The notes beneath the pieces are model-generated. The model was given only the letters and a program-made list of their open reading frames with translations. It searched no databases and had not been told where the DNA came from. Shown one piece after another: positions 9,561 to 20,880 of a stretch of DNA of 64,000 bases. A program made the translations under genes and the position numbers. Within the stretch, counting starts at the first letter, position 1. Each line of letters begins with the position of its first letter. Origin of the DNA: Balanoglossus misakiensis (Eukaryota; Animalia; Hemichordata); the NCBI GenBank assembly GCA_040954595.2, contig CM082589.2, forward strand, positions 10,056,894 through 10,120,893, read 5' to 3'.

Positions 9561-10964
9561 TTCTCTCTTTCTATATTGTGGGTTTGCACGTATTGTTCTT
9601 TTTTGATATTGTTGAGATAACTTTTCTCTGTCTCTGTATTCTACATTCTGGCGCAATGTCTTTATATGTGCTTGCACTTTTGACTTTTCTCTCTCTTTGA
9701 AGTCAGGATTTTGTCTTTGTGCACATTTCCTCTCCTTGTCTCTCTTTCTTTCATTGGTTTTAAATGAAGGATCCTGTCTTTTCAACCGTTTGTATTCTCT
9801 GTCATATACCTTTCTTGATTTTCTTCTACATGAACCTGATGGAAGTGCATCAATGGTATTAGAAGTTTGCATACACTGTTTATTAGCTTGTAATTGTTTT
9901 TGTGACTCGAAATAGTTGTCTAACAGGTCTGAATGCCTTTGAGTCCGTTGATACAGTCTCTGAGAAGATGAACTCTCTATATGAATGGTTAATTCTTGAA
10001 GTTCATAAGGTGTCATGTTATTGAAGTTAAGGTTATGAAATAATGAATACAAATAGTTTGTTAAATCATTTAGAGTCGGAAAACTCAATACCATACTTGA
10101 ACCGTCAGAACATTGGAAACCATGTGAGTTTCGACTATGAGAATCAAATACGAAGTATTTGCCATCTGTTGCAGAAAGGGCCATGCTGTAGCCACCAAGT
10201 ATTAACATAACTGAGTTACTAGAATTGAACATGTTAATCATAGCATCTCTGAACACCATACATCCTTGTTCATCATAGTCAGACATACAGTCTAACATAC
10301 CAAAGTACAGTCTTCCTTGTGTAATATTGAACTGCACAGAATTCATGTGAACAGTATTTGGCAATTCATCACACATTAGTATTTCAGAAAATAATTTATT
10401 ACTTGCTCTGAGGTCATTTGTGGTTTTAATGTATAAATTATCACCAGCATGTAAAATGTGATCTAAGTCATTAGATGTCAATGTCATCTCTCTTTCTTTT
10501 GATATGCAAAGGAAAGCAAGGGCATTACAAGTACATTGTCTACCTCGTGAATTTATGCTGAAAATATCATTGCCTTGATGAAAACTACCTTGGAGTACAC
10601 TGTCTATTGTGTAACTTTCCCAGTGTAAAGTGTGACTATTGTGAGAGGAGTATAATTCTTGTTTGTCATGTGCATCATTTGCACTGTAGTATACACAAGA
10701 GGAATTTTGATTTGACACACTGGTCGAAGAATTCTTATTGAAGGTTGTAACTGATTGAGTGGCATTAAAACTTTTGATAATGGTACTTGAAGATGTAGAC
10801 ATATTATTGCTGTATGGTTCTATGCTTGACGATATTGATGTATTGTTATTGGCATTGCCGTACGAATCTGACTTCTTGAATGTTCCTTGTAGCACAGGGT
10901 GTTTTACTTTACTGGATCCACCCAAACCAGAATCAGACCCAGCTGATATGATTGGTCCATCAGC
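9297..10964 (-). CDS. N-terminal part of the Helentron polyprotein with a herpesvirus tegument-type (peptidase C76, UL36/BPLF1-like) cysteine protease/deubiquitinase domain (~9985-10600)
   Basis: Motifs LQGSFHQG..F...RGRQCTCNALAF, LDHILHAGDNLY and YFVFDSHSR. The ORF opens at acceptor ttgtttatttttaaacag (10965) and joins the RepHel frame if one base missing at ~9308 is restored. Confidence 0.8.
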   Translation of the reverse strand, partial: ADGPIISAGSDSGLGGSSKVKHPVLQGTFKKSDSYGNANNNTSISSSIEPYSNNMSTSSSTIIKSFNATQSVTTFNKNSSTSVSNQNSSCVYYSANDAHDKQELYSSHNSHTLHWESYTIDSVLQGSFHQGNDIFSINSRGRQCTCNALAFLCISKEREMTLTSNDLDHILHAGDNLYIKTTNDLRASNKLFSEILMCDELPNTVHMNSVQFNITQGRLYFGMLDCMSDYDEQGCMVFRDAMINMFNSSNSVMLILGGYSMALSATDGKYFVFDSHSRNSHGFQCSDGSSMVLSFPTLNDLTNYLYSLFHNLNFNNMTPYELQELTIHIESSSSQRLYQRTQRHSDLLDNYFESQKQLQANKQCMQTSNTIDALPSGSCRRKSRKVYDREYKRLKRQDPSFKTNERKRDKERKCAQRQNPDFKEREKSKVQAHIKTLRQNVEYRDREKLSQQYQKRTIRANPQYRKREKEKLQSHIQILRQNPSFQEKEKVKLNSHKQTLRQNPVFREKEKVKLKSRIYTLRQNPVFRETEKVKLNSHKQTLRQNPVFREKERSN

Positions 10965-12040
10965 CTGTTTAAAAATAAACAAGATAAGCGACAATTAGAA
11001 AATACAGTTACCTTTAATTTCCATCACATGTCCTTATTTGACCCCTGATGAGTACTATGACAATGAGAGCCAATGACAGGTCAATTTTGCGTCATATTCA
11101 AATTGGTTTTGTGTATATCATGTACATATAAGTACTATCACTAGTATTTACATTGCAAATGTGTTCAATTAAGCTTTTGTATAAATTTGTTGTAATTTCA
11201 ATACATTTTGCAAAATTTAGCTACTTGCATAATATTTGTATATCACATGTGGACAAAGACATTGCACAAATTAGTAACATGGCTATTGTCACGCCACCTC
11301 ATCAAAAACTACTAGCGGCACAGGGTTGGCCTGCCATAACATTGTCTTACACTCATGTTTCACAATCATTCGAAAGCTCATTGCAACATTGAAATTATAT
11401 CACCTACAAACCTCACCTTTCTACAAAGTTCCATATCAAATAAAACTTTCCCACATAAATCTTTTCCAGTTGAACCTTTTGAAACCACACACTTCACCTG
11501 ACAAATTTAGTCTGGAAAGTTGAACGTACCCTCTATCTACTCTGAAACTACCAAGTTTAAAACAAACTTCAAAACTGGAAAAGGTTTGTGCCTATGACTT
11601 TTCCCATATAATTACATTGAGAATACCTAGAAAACTCACTTCTACTATTTCTATGAAATATTACACATAGCTCAATCAAATAGAAATAAATGCATCCATC
11701 AAATATCGTTTGGTCACTGTATTTTTTTTAGATAAACTTTACAAGTGTTTCGCCCATAGATACACCCTCACTGAATATGCTGACTCAGCAATTTTCCTCA
11801 ATTATCAACAAAATTCATGGCCTTGTATTTCAAAAGCAAACGCAGTGACATGAGAAGCCAATAATCCAAAATTGAAGACATAACGTTACTTTCGATTTTA
11901 CTGATCATTACGGACTAGCTGCTAAAAGCCTACCCTGCGACCAAACAGTGACGTTGACCAACTTTCCCCTGCTCAAATGAAGAACTCCTTTTCCTGTTTA
12001 CAAGTATGTACAATTTTATAGTATGCAAATACACACATAC

Positions 12041-12085
12041 CGATTTTTTCACAGCTGATTTTCTCCAATTCTTTTTCCTTGGCAT
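12041..12085 (-). CDS. Candidate first coding exon of the polyprotein (MPRKKNWRKSAVKKS)
   Basis: ATG at 12085; phase-0 donor GTATGT at 12040 is in frame with the phase-0 acceptor at 10965; basic NLS-like peptide. Confidence 0.5.
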
Positions 12086-13427
12086 AATTCTGACCTTAGT
12101 AGCAAAAGACAAGAATGTGATAATATCAATAACAGCATTTTAACATCATTGGTTAGACAACTTGAAACTGCCTAGATAATATGCAAGTAAAAGCCTGGCA
12201 AAAATGTAACATGTACAATTGCTTAATTTTAACATACTCACACAACATATATTTCCATCATTTTTATAGGAGTAATTGAAACTACAACATCAATATGACC
12301 ATCACATGTTCTAGGACTTCCAAAATAGAGAAACACTATGAAAAACTTCAGCTGAAAAATAGAATATGTAATATAATTACCTGCAATTTGATAAAAAGTG
12401 ATTCTTCAAGAGCTGGTTAAGTCTCTAACTGTTCCAAAACAATGACAGGAAGTGGCTGCTCATTAGGCTGTTCCTGGCACTGCCACTACTCCCTCACATT
12501 GCTGGCAACAGTAGCTTGATACTTTGGGGTTCAAAGTCAGCAGATAACAGCCAAGAATTTGGAATCCGCAATTACAGCATAGGGTATACTGGCACCGCCT
12601 TACGTTGAGAGGTTTGTCAACAATAATATAGTGCAATAGTGCAAACAATATGTTTAGATAGCAACAGATCTAAAGTTATTACAATAATGCCAACACATGT
12701 TTTGAGCTACTCCTGTGTGTTCTTTCAACTACAGAAAATCAAGCAGTCTTTCCAATGCTGCTACACCTACATAAGTATGGTGTGTGCTACACTGCCCCAA
12801 GGTTATTTCGATACACAAATATAACTGTGACATAATCAGCTCATGTACACTCTAGGAGAGATTGCACTTAGGACTGGGTGTATCAGGGAATAGATTACAC
12901 AAAAACGATGAAACAGAAAGGCAAACAGCTAAAATGGACAAACCAAAGTGTCCTCATGTAAAGAGTACCTTTCAAAGCACTGGATTTGTTCATAGAGGCA
13001 AAACCAGAAATATGCAAATATCCACAGCACAGTACAATGTCTTACTTCAGTCACCATAAGAAATATGCCTACAACATGCACAGCAATCTGCCAAGTGGAT
13101 TCATAGAAACCAATTTTTGGCAAAAAATTGCAAAAAATGCACCAAGAACACAATTATGGGAATGTCACCATACTTTCACGACACCTTAACTTGAAATGAA
13201 TTTTGACCAAATATCCCCAAAATTACAAATATGCAAATTATGCAACAAATTGCCCCAAAATGACCTCAATTGCCTTTCAGTATACCAAGCTTCATTCTAA
13301 ATTTTAAAGCCATTGACCCATAACTTTCAGAAAAATTTGTTTTCACCTAAAATATTGACAAAGACGAAAAAATTCATAAAAAATAAAACATCCATGATAT
13401 CAACTGAACACTTACATGTCGGTCACA

Positions 13428-14385
13428 GGCTTTTCAATTTCAGTCCCAACCCTCCAAACGCGAAGTCTGTACCTGCTCTGGATGCCAAGATATGATAAAG
13501 TAGGTCAAAGGTCACCTGAGGTCATGCAAAATTTGGGCAAGAAATTTTGACCTAATACTAGTCCATGTTCAATAAAAACCAAACCTATAGCCTTATTGGT
13601 TAGCCTGGAATTAGGTATGCACATAATTAATGAGATATGCAGGTGTCACAGGTGACCCCCAATTGCGGCTTTTCAATTTTAGTGCCAACCCTCCAAACGC
13701 CAAGTCTGTACCTGCTCTGGATGTCAAGATATGGTAATGTAGGTCAAAGGTCACCTGAGGTCATGCAAAATTTGGGCAAGAAATTTTGACCCTATACTGG
13801 TCCATGTTCAACAAAAACCGAACCTATAGCCTTATTGGTTAGCCTGGAATTAGGTATGCACATAATTAATGAGATATGCAGGTGTCACAGGTGACCCCCA
13901 ATTGCGGCTTTTCAATTTTAGTCCCAACCCTCCAAACGCCAAGTCTGTGCCTGCTCTGGATGTCAAGATTTGGTAATGTAGGTCAAAGGTCACCTGAGGT
14001 CATGCAAAATTTGGGCAAGAAATTTTGACCCTATACTGGTCCATGTTCAACAAAAACCGAACCTATAGCCTTATTGGTTAGCCTGGAATTAGGTATGCAC
14101 ATAATTAATGAGATATGCAGGTGTCACAGGTGACCCCCAATTTCGGCTTTTCAATTTCAGTCCCAACCCTCCAAACGCCAACTCTGTACCTGCTCTGGAT
14201 GCCGAGATATAGGAAAGTAGGTCAAAGGTCACCTGAGGTCACCCAAAATTTGGGCAAGAAATTTTGACCCTATACTGGTCCATGTCCCACCAGAACAAAA
14301 CCTCTAGCCCTATTAGTTAGCCCGGAATTAGGTATGCACATAATTAATGTGTTAAGCAGGTGTTACAGGTGAGCCCAAAAATTTC
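13428..14385. repeat. 239-bp tandem repeat, ~4 copies, in the Helentron 5' region
   Basis: taggtcaaaggtcacctgaggtca at 13501, 13740, 13979 and 14218. Confidence 0.95.
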
Positions 14386-14804
14386 CCTTTTATTTTGGCC
14401 CCATTGTGCTCACTGACCAATAGACAATCACTGTACAGGACTATTGCACAGACCAGAATCCCACAATAAGACGTGGACATAGCTTAACCATAGAGGTATA
14501 AGTAAAGGTATAAATTTAATAAAAAGACTAAAAAATCTTTAAAAATAAAACATCCATGATATCAACTTAACACTAAAAGGTCGGTGTGAGGTTGACATAT
14601 GGTACATGCATACCAATTTTCAAAGCAATCTGACCAGTAATTGTTGACTTACAGAGTTTTGATCAATTCCACATTTTACCAGCTAATTTGCATATTTTTG
14701 GGCCTGGCAACTTCGTTTGGACAAACTCCAATCTACAGCCCAGCCTGCACCTACACACCAAATATTGAGGTGATACGCGCAGCGGTTTTCAAGTTTTTGA
14801 TGTG

Positions 14805-14917
14805 GACGGACATACAGACATACATCCATACATCCATACATCCATCCATACATACATACAGACGCAACCCATCCCATAAGGTCCCATGGTATATAGGCCT
14901 ATACCAATGGGACCTAA
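14805..14917 (-). other. Helentron 5' terminus: subTIR hairpin plus (GTAT/GGAT)n microsatellite
   Basis: aggtcccatggtatataggcctataccaatgggacct (14879-14915) is an imperfect palindrome, with (CATA/CATC)n on its inner side and an A-run on its outer side. Confidence 0.85.
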
Positions 14918-17900
14918 AAAATGACAAATTTTTGACTGCAAAATCTCAAAATTTCGTCCATTTTTGAAAAAAAATCATGGGTAAAAATCATCAAAAAATG
15001 ACAAATTTTCGACTGCAAAATCTCAACATTTCGTCGATTTTTGAAAAAAATCATGGGTGAAAATCATCAAAAAATGACAAATTTTCGACTTTGCAAAATC
15101 TCAAAATTTCGTCGATTTTTGAAAAAAAATCATAGGTGAAAATCATCAAAAAATGACAAAATTTTCGAGTTTGCAAAATCACAAAATTTCGTCGATTTTG
15201 AAAAAAATCATAGGTTCGTCGATTTTTTTTAAAAAAACATGGGTGAAAATCATCAAAAAATGACAAATTTTCGACTTTGCAAAATCTCAAAATTTCATCA
15301 ATTTTTGAAAAAATCATGGGTGAAAATCATCAAAAAATGACAAAACTTTCGACTTTGCAAAATCTCAAAATTTCGTCGATTTTTGAAAAAAAATCATGGT
15401 TGAAAATCATCAAAAAATGACAAAATTTTCGAGTTTGCAAAATCACACAATTTCGTCGATTTTGAAAAAAATCATAGGTTCGTCGATTTTTTTAAAAAAA
15501 ACATGGGTGAAAATCATCAAAAAATGACAAATTTTTGACTTTGCAAAATCTCAAAATTTCGTCGATTTTTGAAAAAAATCATTGGGGAAAATCATCAAAA
15601 AATGACAAATTTTCGACTTTGCAAAATCTCAAAATTTCGTCGATTTTTGAAAAAAATCATGGGTGAAAATCATCAAAAAATGACAAATTTTCGACTTTGC
15701 AAAATCTCAAAATTTCGTCGATTTTGAAAAAAATCATGGGTTCGTCGATTTTTTAAAAACAACATTGGTGAAAATCATCAAAAAATGACAAATTTTCGAC
15801 TTTGCAAAATCTCAAAATTTCGTCGATTTTTAAAAAAAAATCATGGATGAAAATCATCAACAAATGACAAATTTTCGACTTTGCAAAATCTCAAAATTTC
15901 GTCGATTTTTGAAAAAAATCATGGGTGAAAATCATCAAAAAATGACAAATTTTCGACTTTGCAAAATCTCAACATTTCGTCGATTTTTGAAAAAAATCAT
16001 AGGTGAAAATCATCAAAAAATGACAAATTTTCGACTTTGCAAAAGCTCAAAATTTCGTCCATTTTTGAAAAAAAATCATGGGTAAAAATCATCAAAAAAT
16101 GACAAATTTTCGACTGCAAAATCTCAACATTTCGTCGATTTTTGAAAAAAATCATGGGTGAAAATCATCAAAAAATGACAAATTTTCGACTTTGCAAAAT
16201 CTCAAAATTTCGTCGATTTTTGAAAAAAAATCATAGGTGAAAATCATCAAAAAATGACAAAATTTTCGAGTTTGCAAAATCACAAAATTTCGTCGATTTT
16301 GAAAAAAATCATAGGTTCGTCGATTTTTTTTAAAAAAACATGGGTGAAAATCATCAAAAAATGACAAATTTTCGACTTTGCAAAATCTCAAAATTTCGTC
16401 GATTTTTGAAAAAAATCATTGGGGAAAATCATCAAAAAATGACAAATTTTCGACTTTGCAAAATCTCAAAATTTCGTCGATTTTTGAAAAAAAATAATGG
16501 TTGAAAATCATCAAAAAATGACAAATTTTCGACTTTGCAAAATCTCAAAATTTCGTCGATTTTTGAAAGAAAATAATGGTTGAAAATCATCAAAAAATGT
16601 CAAATTTTCGACTTTGCAAAATCTCAAAATTTCGTCGATTTTGAAAAAAATCATAGGTTCGTCGATTTTTTTAAAAAAAACATGGGTGAAAATCATCAAA
16701 AAATGACAAATTTTCGACTTTGCAAAATCTCAAAATTTCGTCGATTTTTGAAAAAAATCATTGGGGAAAATCGTCAAAAAATGACAAATTTTCGACTTTG
16801 CAAAATCTCAAAATTTCGTCGATTTTTGAAAAAAAATAATGGTTGAAAATCATCAAAAAATGACAAATTTTCGACTTTGCAAAATCTCAAAATTTCGTCG
16901 ATTTTGAAAAAAATCATGGGTTCGTCGATTTTTTAAAAACAACATTGGTGAAAATCATCAAAAAATGACAAATTTTCGACTTTGCAAAATCTCAAAATTT
17001 CGTCGATTTTTAAAAAAAAATCATGGATGAAAATCATCAACAAATGACAAATTTGCGACTTTGCAAAATCTCAAAATTTCGTCGATTTTTGAAAAAAATC
17101 ATGGGTGAAAATCATCAAAAAATGACAAATTTTCGACTTTGCAAAATCTCAACATTTCGTCGATTTTTGAAAAAAATCATAGGTGAAAATCATCAAAAAA
17201 TGACAAAATTTCGACTTTGAAAAAGCTCAAAATTTCGTCCATTTTTGAAAAAATCATGGGTGAAAATCATCAAAAAATGACAAATTTTCGTCTTTGCAAA
17301 ATCTCAAAATTTCGTCGATTTTTGAAAAAAATCATAGGTGAAAATAATAAAAAAATGACAAATTTTCGACTTTGCAAAAGCTCAAAATTTCGTCAATTTT
17401 TGAAAAAAAATCATGGGTAAAAATCATCAAAAATGACAAATTTACGACTGTAAAATCTCAACATTTCGTCGATTTTTGAAAAAAATCATGGGTGAAAATC
17501 ATCAAAAAATGACAAATTTTCGACTTTGCAAAATCTCAACATTTCGTCGATTTTTGAAAAAAATCATAGGTGAAAATCATCAAAAAATGACAAATTTTTG
17601 ACTGCAAAATCTCAAAATTTCGTCGATTTTTGAAAAAAAACATGGGGGAAAATCATTAAAAAATGACAAATTTTCGACTGCAAAATCTCAACATTTCGTC
17701 GATTTTTGAAAAAAATCATGGGTGAAAATCATCAAAAAATGACAAATTTTCGACTTTGCAAAATCTCAACATTTCGTCGATTTTTGAAAAAAATCATAGG
17801 TGAAAATCATCAAAAAATGACAAATTTTCGACTTTGCAAATGCTCAAAATTTCGTCCATTTTTGAAAAAAAATCATGGGTAAAAATCATCAAAAATGACA

Positions 17901-18649
17901 AATTTTCGACTGCAAAATCTCAACATTTCGTCGATTTTTGAAAAAAATCATGGGTGAAAATCATCAAAAAATGACAAATTTTCGACTTTGCAAAAACTCA
18001 ACATTTCGTCGATTTTTGAAAAAAATCATGGGTGAAAATCATCAAAAAATGACAAATTTTCGACTTTGCAAATGCTCAAAATTTCGTCCATTTTTGAAAA
18101 AAAATCATGGGTAAAAATCATCAAAAATGACAAATTTTCGACTGCAAAATCTCAACATTTCGTCGATTTTTGAAAAAAATCATAGGTGAAAATCATCAAA
18201 AAATGACAAATTTTCGACTTTGCAAAATCTCAACATTTCGTCGATTTTTGAAAAAAATCATGGGTGAAAATCATCAAAAAATGACAAATTTTCGACTTTG
18301 CAAAATCTCAACATTTCGTCGATTTTTGAAAAAAATCATGGGTGAAAATCATCAAAAAATGACAAATTTTCGACTTTGCAAAATCTCAAAATTTCGTCAA
18401 TTTATGAAAAAATCATGGGTGAAAATCATCAAAAAATGACAAATTTTCGTCTTTGCAAAATCTCAAAATTTCGTCGGTTTTTGAAAAATAATATGGGTGA
18501 AAATCATCAAAAAATGACAAATTTTTGACTGCAAAATCTCAAAATTTCGTCGATTTTTGAAAAAAAACATGGGGGAAAATCATCAAAAAATGACAAATTT
18601 TCGACTTTGCAAAATCTCAAAATTTCATCGATTTTTGAAAAAAATCATG
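14916..18649. repeat. 78-bp A-tract satellite, ~45-48 units, including variants with a ~30-bp partial duplication
   Basis: Unit aaaatcatcaaaaaatgacaaattttcgactttgcaaaatctcaaaatttcgtcgatttttgaaaaaaatcatgggtg; 26-aa periodicity in the spurious ORFs. Confidence 0.97.
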
Positions 18650-18910
18650 GCAGGTGTCAAAGGTATCCCCCTGTATTTGGTATTTCATGATAGTTTCATC
18701 CCTCCAAATACCAAAGCTGCACCTGTACAACGGGATGAGATATGGCACTGTATGACAGAGGTCATCAAAATCACCTTATACATTTGGGCAAAAACCAACT
18801 GACACTTACATTCGTCCCTGTGGAACAAAAACCACACCTATCGCCCTGTTGGTTAGTGTCCAATTAAATGTACAAAATCAATGACTTAGGCAGGTGCAAC
18901 AGGTGACCCC
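18650..18910. repeat. Single diverged copy of the Helentron 239-bp repeat unit
   Basis: Colinear matches: caggtgtca, ccctccaaa, agatatgg, atttgggcaa, aacaaaaacc..acctat.gcc.t.ttggttag, gcaggtg..acaggtgacccc. Confidence 0.8.
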
Positions 18911-20024
18911 GCCTTTGGTATATCATTATGGTCCCATCCGTATATGCCCCCCTGTGACCGCCAAAGCTTTTCCGTAATATTCAAAAGTCAGAGTCGAGTT
19001 TCCATATACGGGTCTTCGGTTTATTATCGATAAATCGATCGAGCGATCGCCGAAAGCGACCGTACGAGACTGTACACAATAGTCGAAAGACTTCGAAAGA
19101 CGAGATGTGCGCAGACCTCGATGCGAATAGGCCAAATAGACCTCGAGAATGACCGAGACTGATTCGAATAGACCGAATAAACCGTGGTACGAAAAGACCG
19201 AGTAAACCGAATAGTCTTAGACCGTAATAGACCTTGTCTCGAATAGACCAAGACCGAATGGTATAGACCGAGTAAACCGTAAACCGTAAAAACTGAAACA
19301 TAAATACAAATACAAAATGTCAAATCGAAAGAATTACATATACGAAAATCGAGAATGATTTCAATCGAAAACAGATATGTGCCATCAGTGACAGTGTGCA
19401 TTCAACGTCTTATAACTAAGCATGAATATACGGTGCTGGCATAATGTGAGTGTGGCCATACGATGCTTTCGCTATTAATGAACAACTTGTACGTTAACAA
19501 ATGCCAGTTTTGTTGGCAAAAAGTATGTTTTTGGCTTTTCACAACATTGAACATACATTCATAGTTCAATAACTTGTGAGTTGTGGACCTAAACGTTCAT
19601 ACGTTCAATGTTCTGGTGTTTTTTTAACGGAGCGATCGGTCACGATGTTACCAACGAGCATGTACAGTCTAAACTAAATCCTCGTTGTGTATGTTTCTTT
19701 GTTTGTTTTTTGTTGTTTTTTACATGCTATTACATACAAATATGAAAAGTTTCATTTCAGTTATTCATTAAAATGCAAACATTTGCCAAAAAACATGTGA
19801 ATAGACACCTCACAGGCCATAGTCGTATCATTAGCTTTCAATTGTCAATTTTAGCATGACATCGTGAGTAATTGAGCTAATTTTGCATATTTTCCATGCT
19901 GCACCTTGTCTGACAAGGTAATCGATTGCATATTTGAATTCCTTGACCCTGAAAACATTGCAATAGACACCTCATTAACACTGTTGGCTCTCTTTTGTAG
20001 ACCATTGATTTTAGATGGGCGTGT

Positions 20025-20737
20025 CACCTAATTAACATAAATTAGCATTTTTACCAATTCACCAAACGTTTCTAAATTTAAAAAAATGCTTAAAATATTT
20101 AAATGAATATAAGAATATGATTTCAATAGACTATTATGGTGTTGACCTGTGATATTGCACCATAATGGCTACAAACAGCGTTTTCTTTTAGGTATTTTGA
20201 AATTATGACGTCACAAATTAATTTGCCATTTTCGACATGAAAACGTGAAAAGAATTTTTGGGAACAGGCAAATTCGAAATCAGCGTATTCGAAATATCCA
20301 AAAACAACTTGTTCCCAGCTTGTACCAAAAAAATGAATGACATGCTTTTAAAATGCTCATTTTCTGAAATTTCCACCTGGACCTAATTAACATAAATTAG
20401 CATTTTACCAATTCACAAAATGTTTCTAAATTAAAAAAATTGTTTAAAAATATTTAAATGAATATAAGAATATGATTTCAATAGACTATTATGGTGTTGA
20501 CCTGTGATATTGCGCCATAATGGCTACAAACAGCGTTTTCTTTTAGGTATTTTGAAATTATGACGTCACAAATTAATTTGCCATTTTCGACATGAAAACG
20601 TGAAAAGAATTTTTGGGAACAGGCAACTTCGAAATCAGCGTATTCGAAATATCCAAAAACAACTTGTTCCCAGCTTGTACCAAAAAATGCCTGACATGCT
20701 TTTAAAATGCTCATTTTCTGAAATTTCCACCTGACTA
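20025..20737. repeat. ~356-bp tandem duplication ending in an Academ-like transposon terminus
   Basis: Two near-identical units begin acctaattaacataaattagc (~20026, ~20381). The minus strand from 20737 reads TAGTCAGGTGG...AAAAT.AGCATTTTAAAAGCATG...TTGGTACA, resembling the terminus at 29486. Confidence 0.7.
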
Positions 20738-20880
20738 AACGTTCGACCACACACACCTTTCATCCCACATGCAGACACGAGAGTGAAAAACTCGCCAAAA
20801 TGAATAATCGGTCTCTACCGTTTATTCATTTGGGCGAGATTTTGACTCTCATATCCTACAAACATGTGTGGTCGAACGTT
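20738..20880. repeat. 143-bp foldback/palindrome (MITE-like)
   Basis: Perfect 15-bp outer arms aacgttcgaccacac/gtgtggtcgaacgtt; inner ~34-bp imperfect arms around a ctct loop. Confidence 0.85.

Larger units (their letters stand above)
1..14917 (-). mobile_element. Helentron/Helitron2 rolling-circle transposon, autonomous-type; 3' end lies beyond the left edge of the window
   Basis: Rep-Pif1-APE endonuclease ORF; 5' end has a T-run, subTIR hairpin (14879-14915), (GTAT/GGAT)n microsatellite and internal tandem repeats, as in DINE-1/HINE-type ends. No 3' subTIR (ggtcccattg on + strand) seen in 1-3363, so inclusion of 1-3363 is inferred. Confidence 0.88.

Noticed and set aside
4078-9915. Plus-strand and alternative-frame ORFs overlapping the transposase
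   Set aside because: Shadow ORFs of the long minus-strand reading frame; no motifs.
9297-10994. Endogenous herpesvirus
   Set aside because: Only a protease-like domain is present, embedded in Helentron coding sequence; no capsid, terminase or polymerase genes.
14916-18802. Repetitive ORFs (MGENHQKMTNFRLCK...)
   Set aside because: Artefact of a 78-bp (26-codon) unit; broken by frequent A-run indels.
18926-18940. ggtcccat as another Helentron subTIR
   Set aside because: Only an 8-bp match with no adjacent hairpin or T-run.
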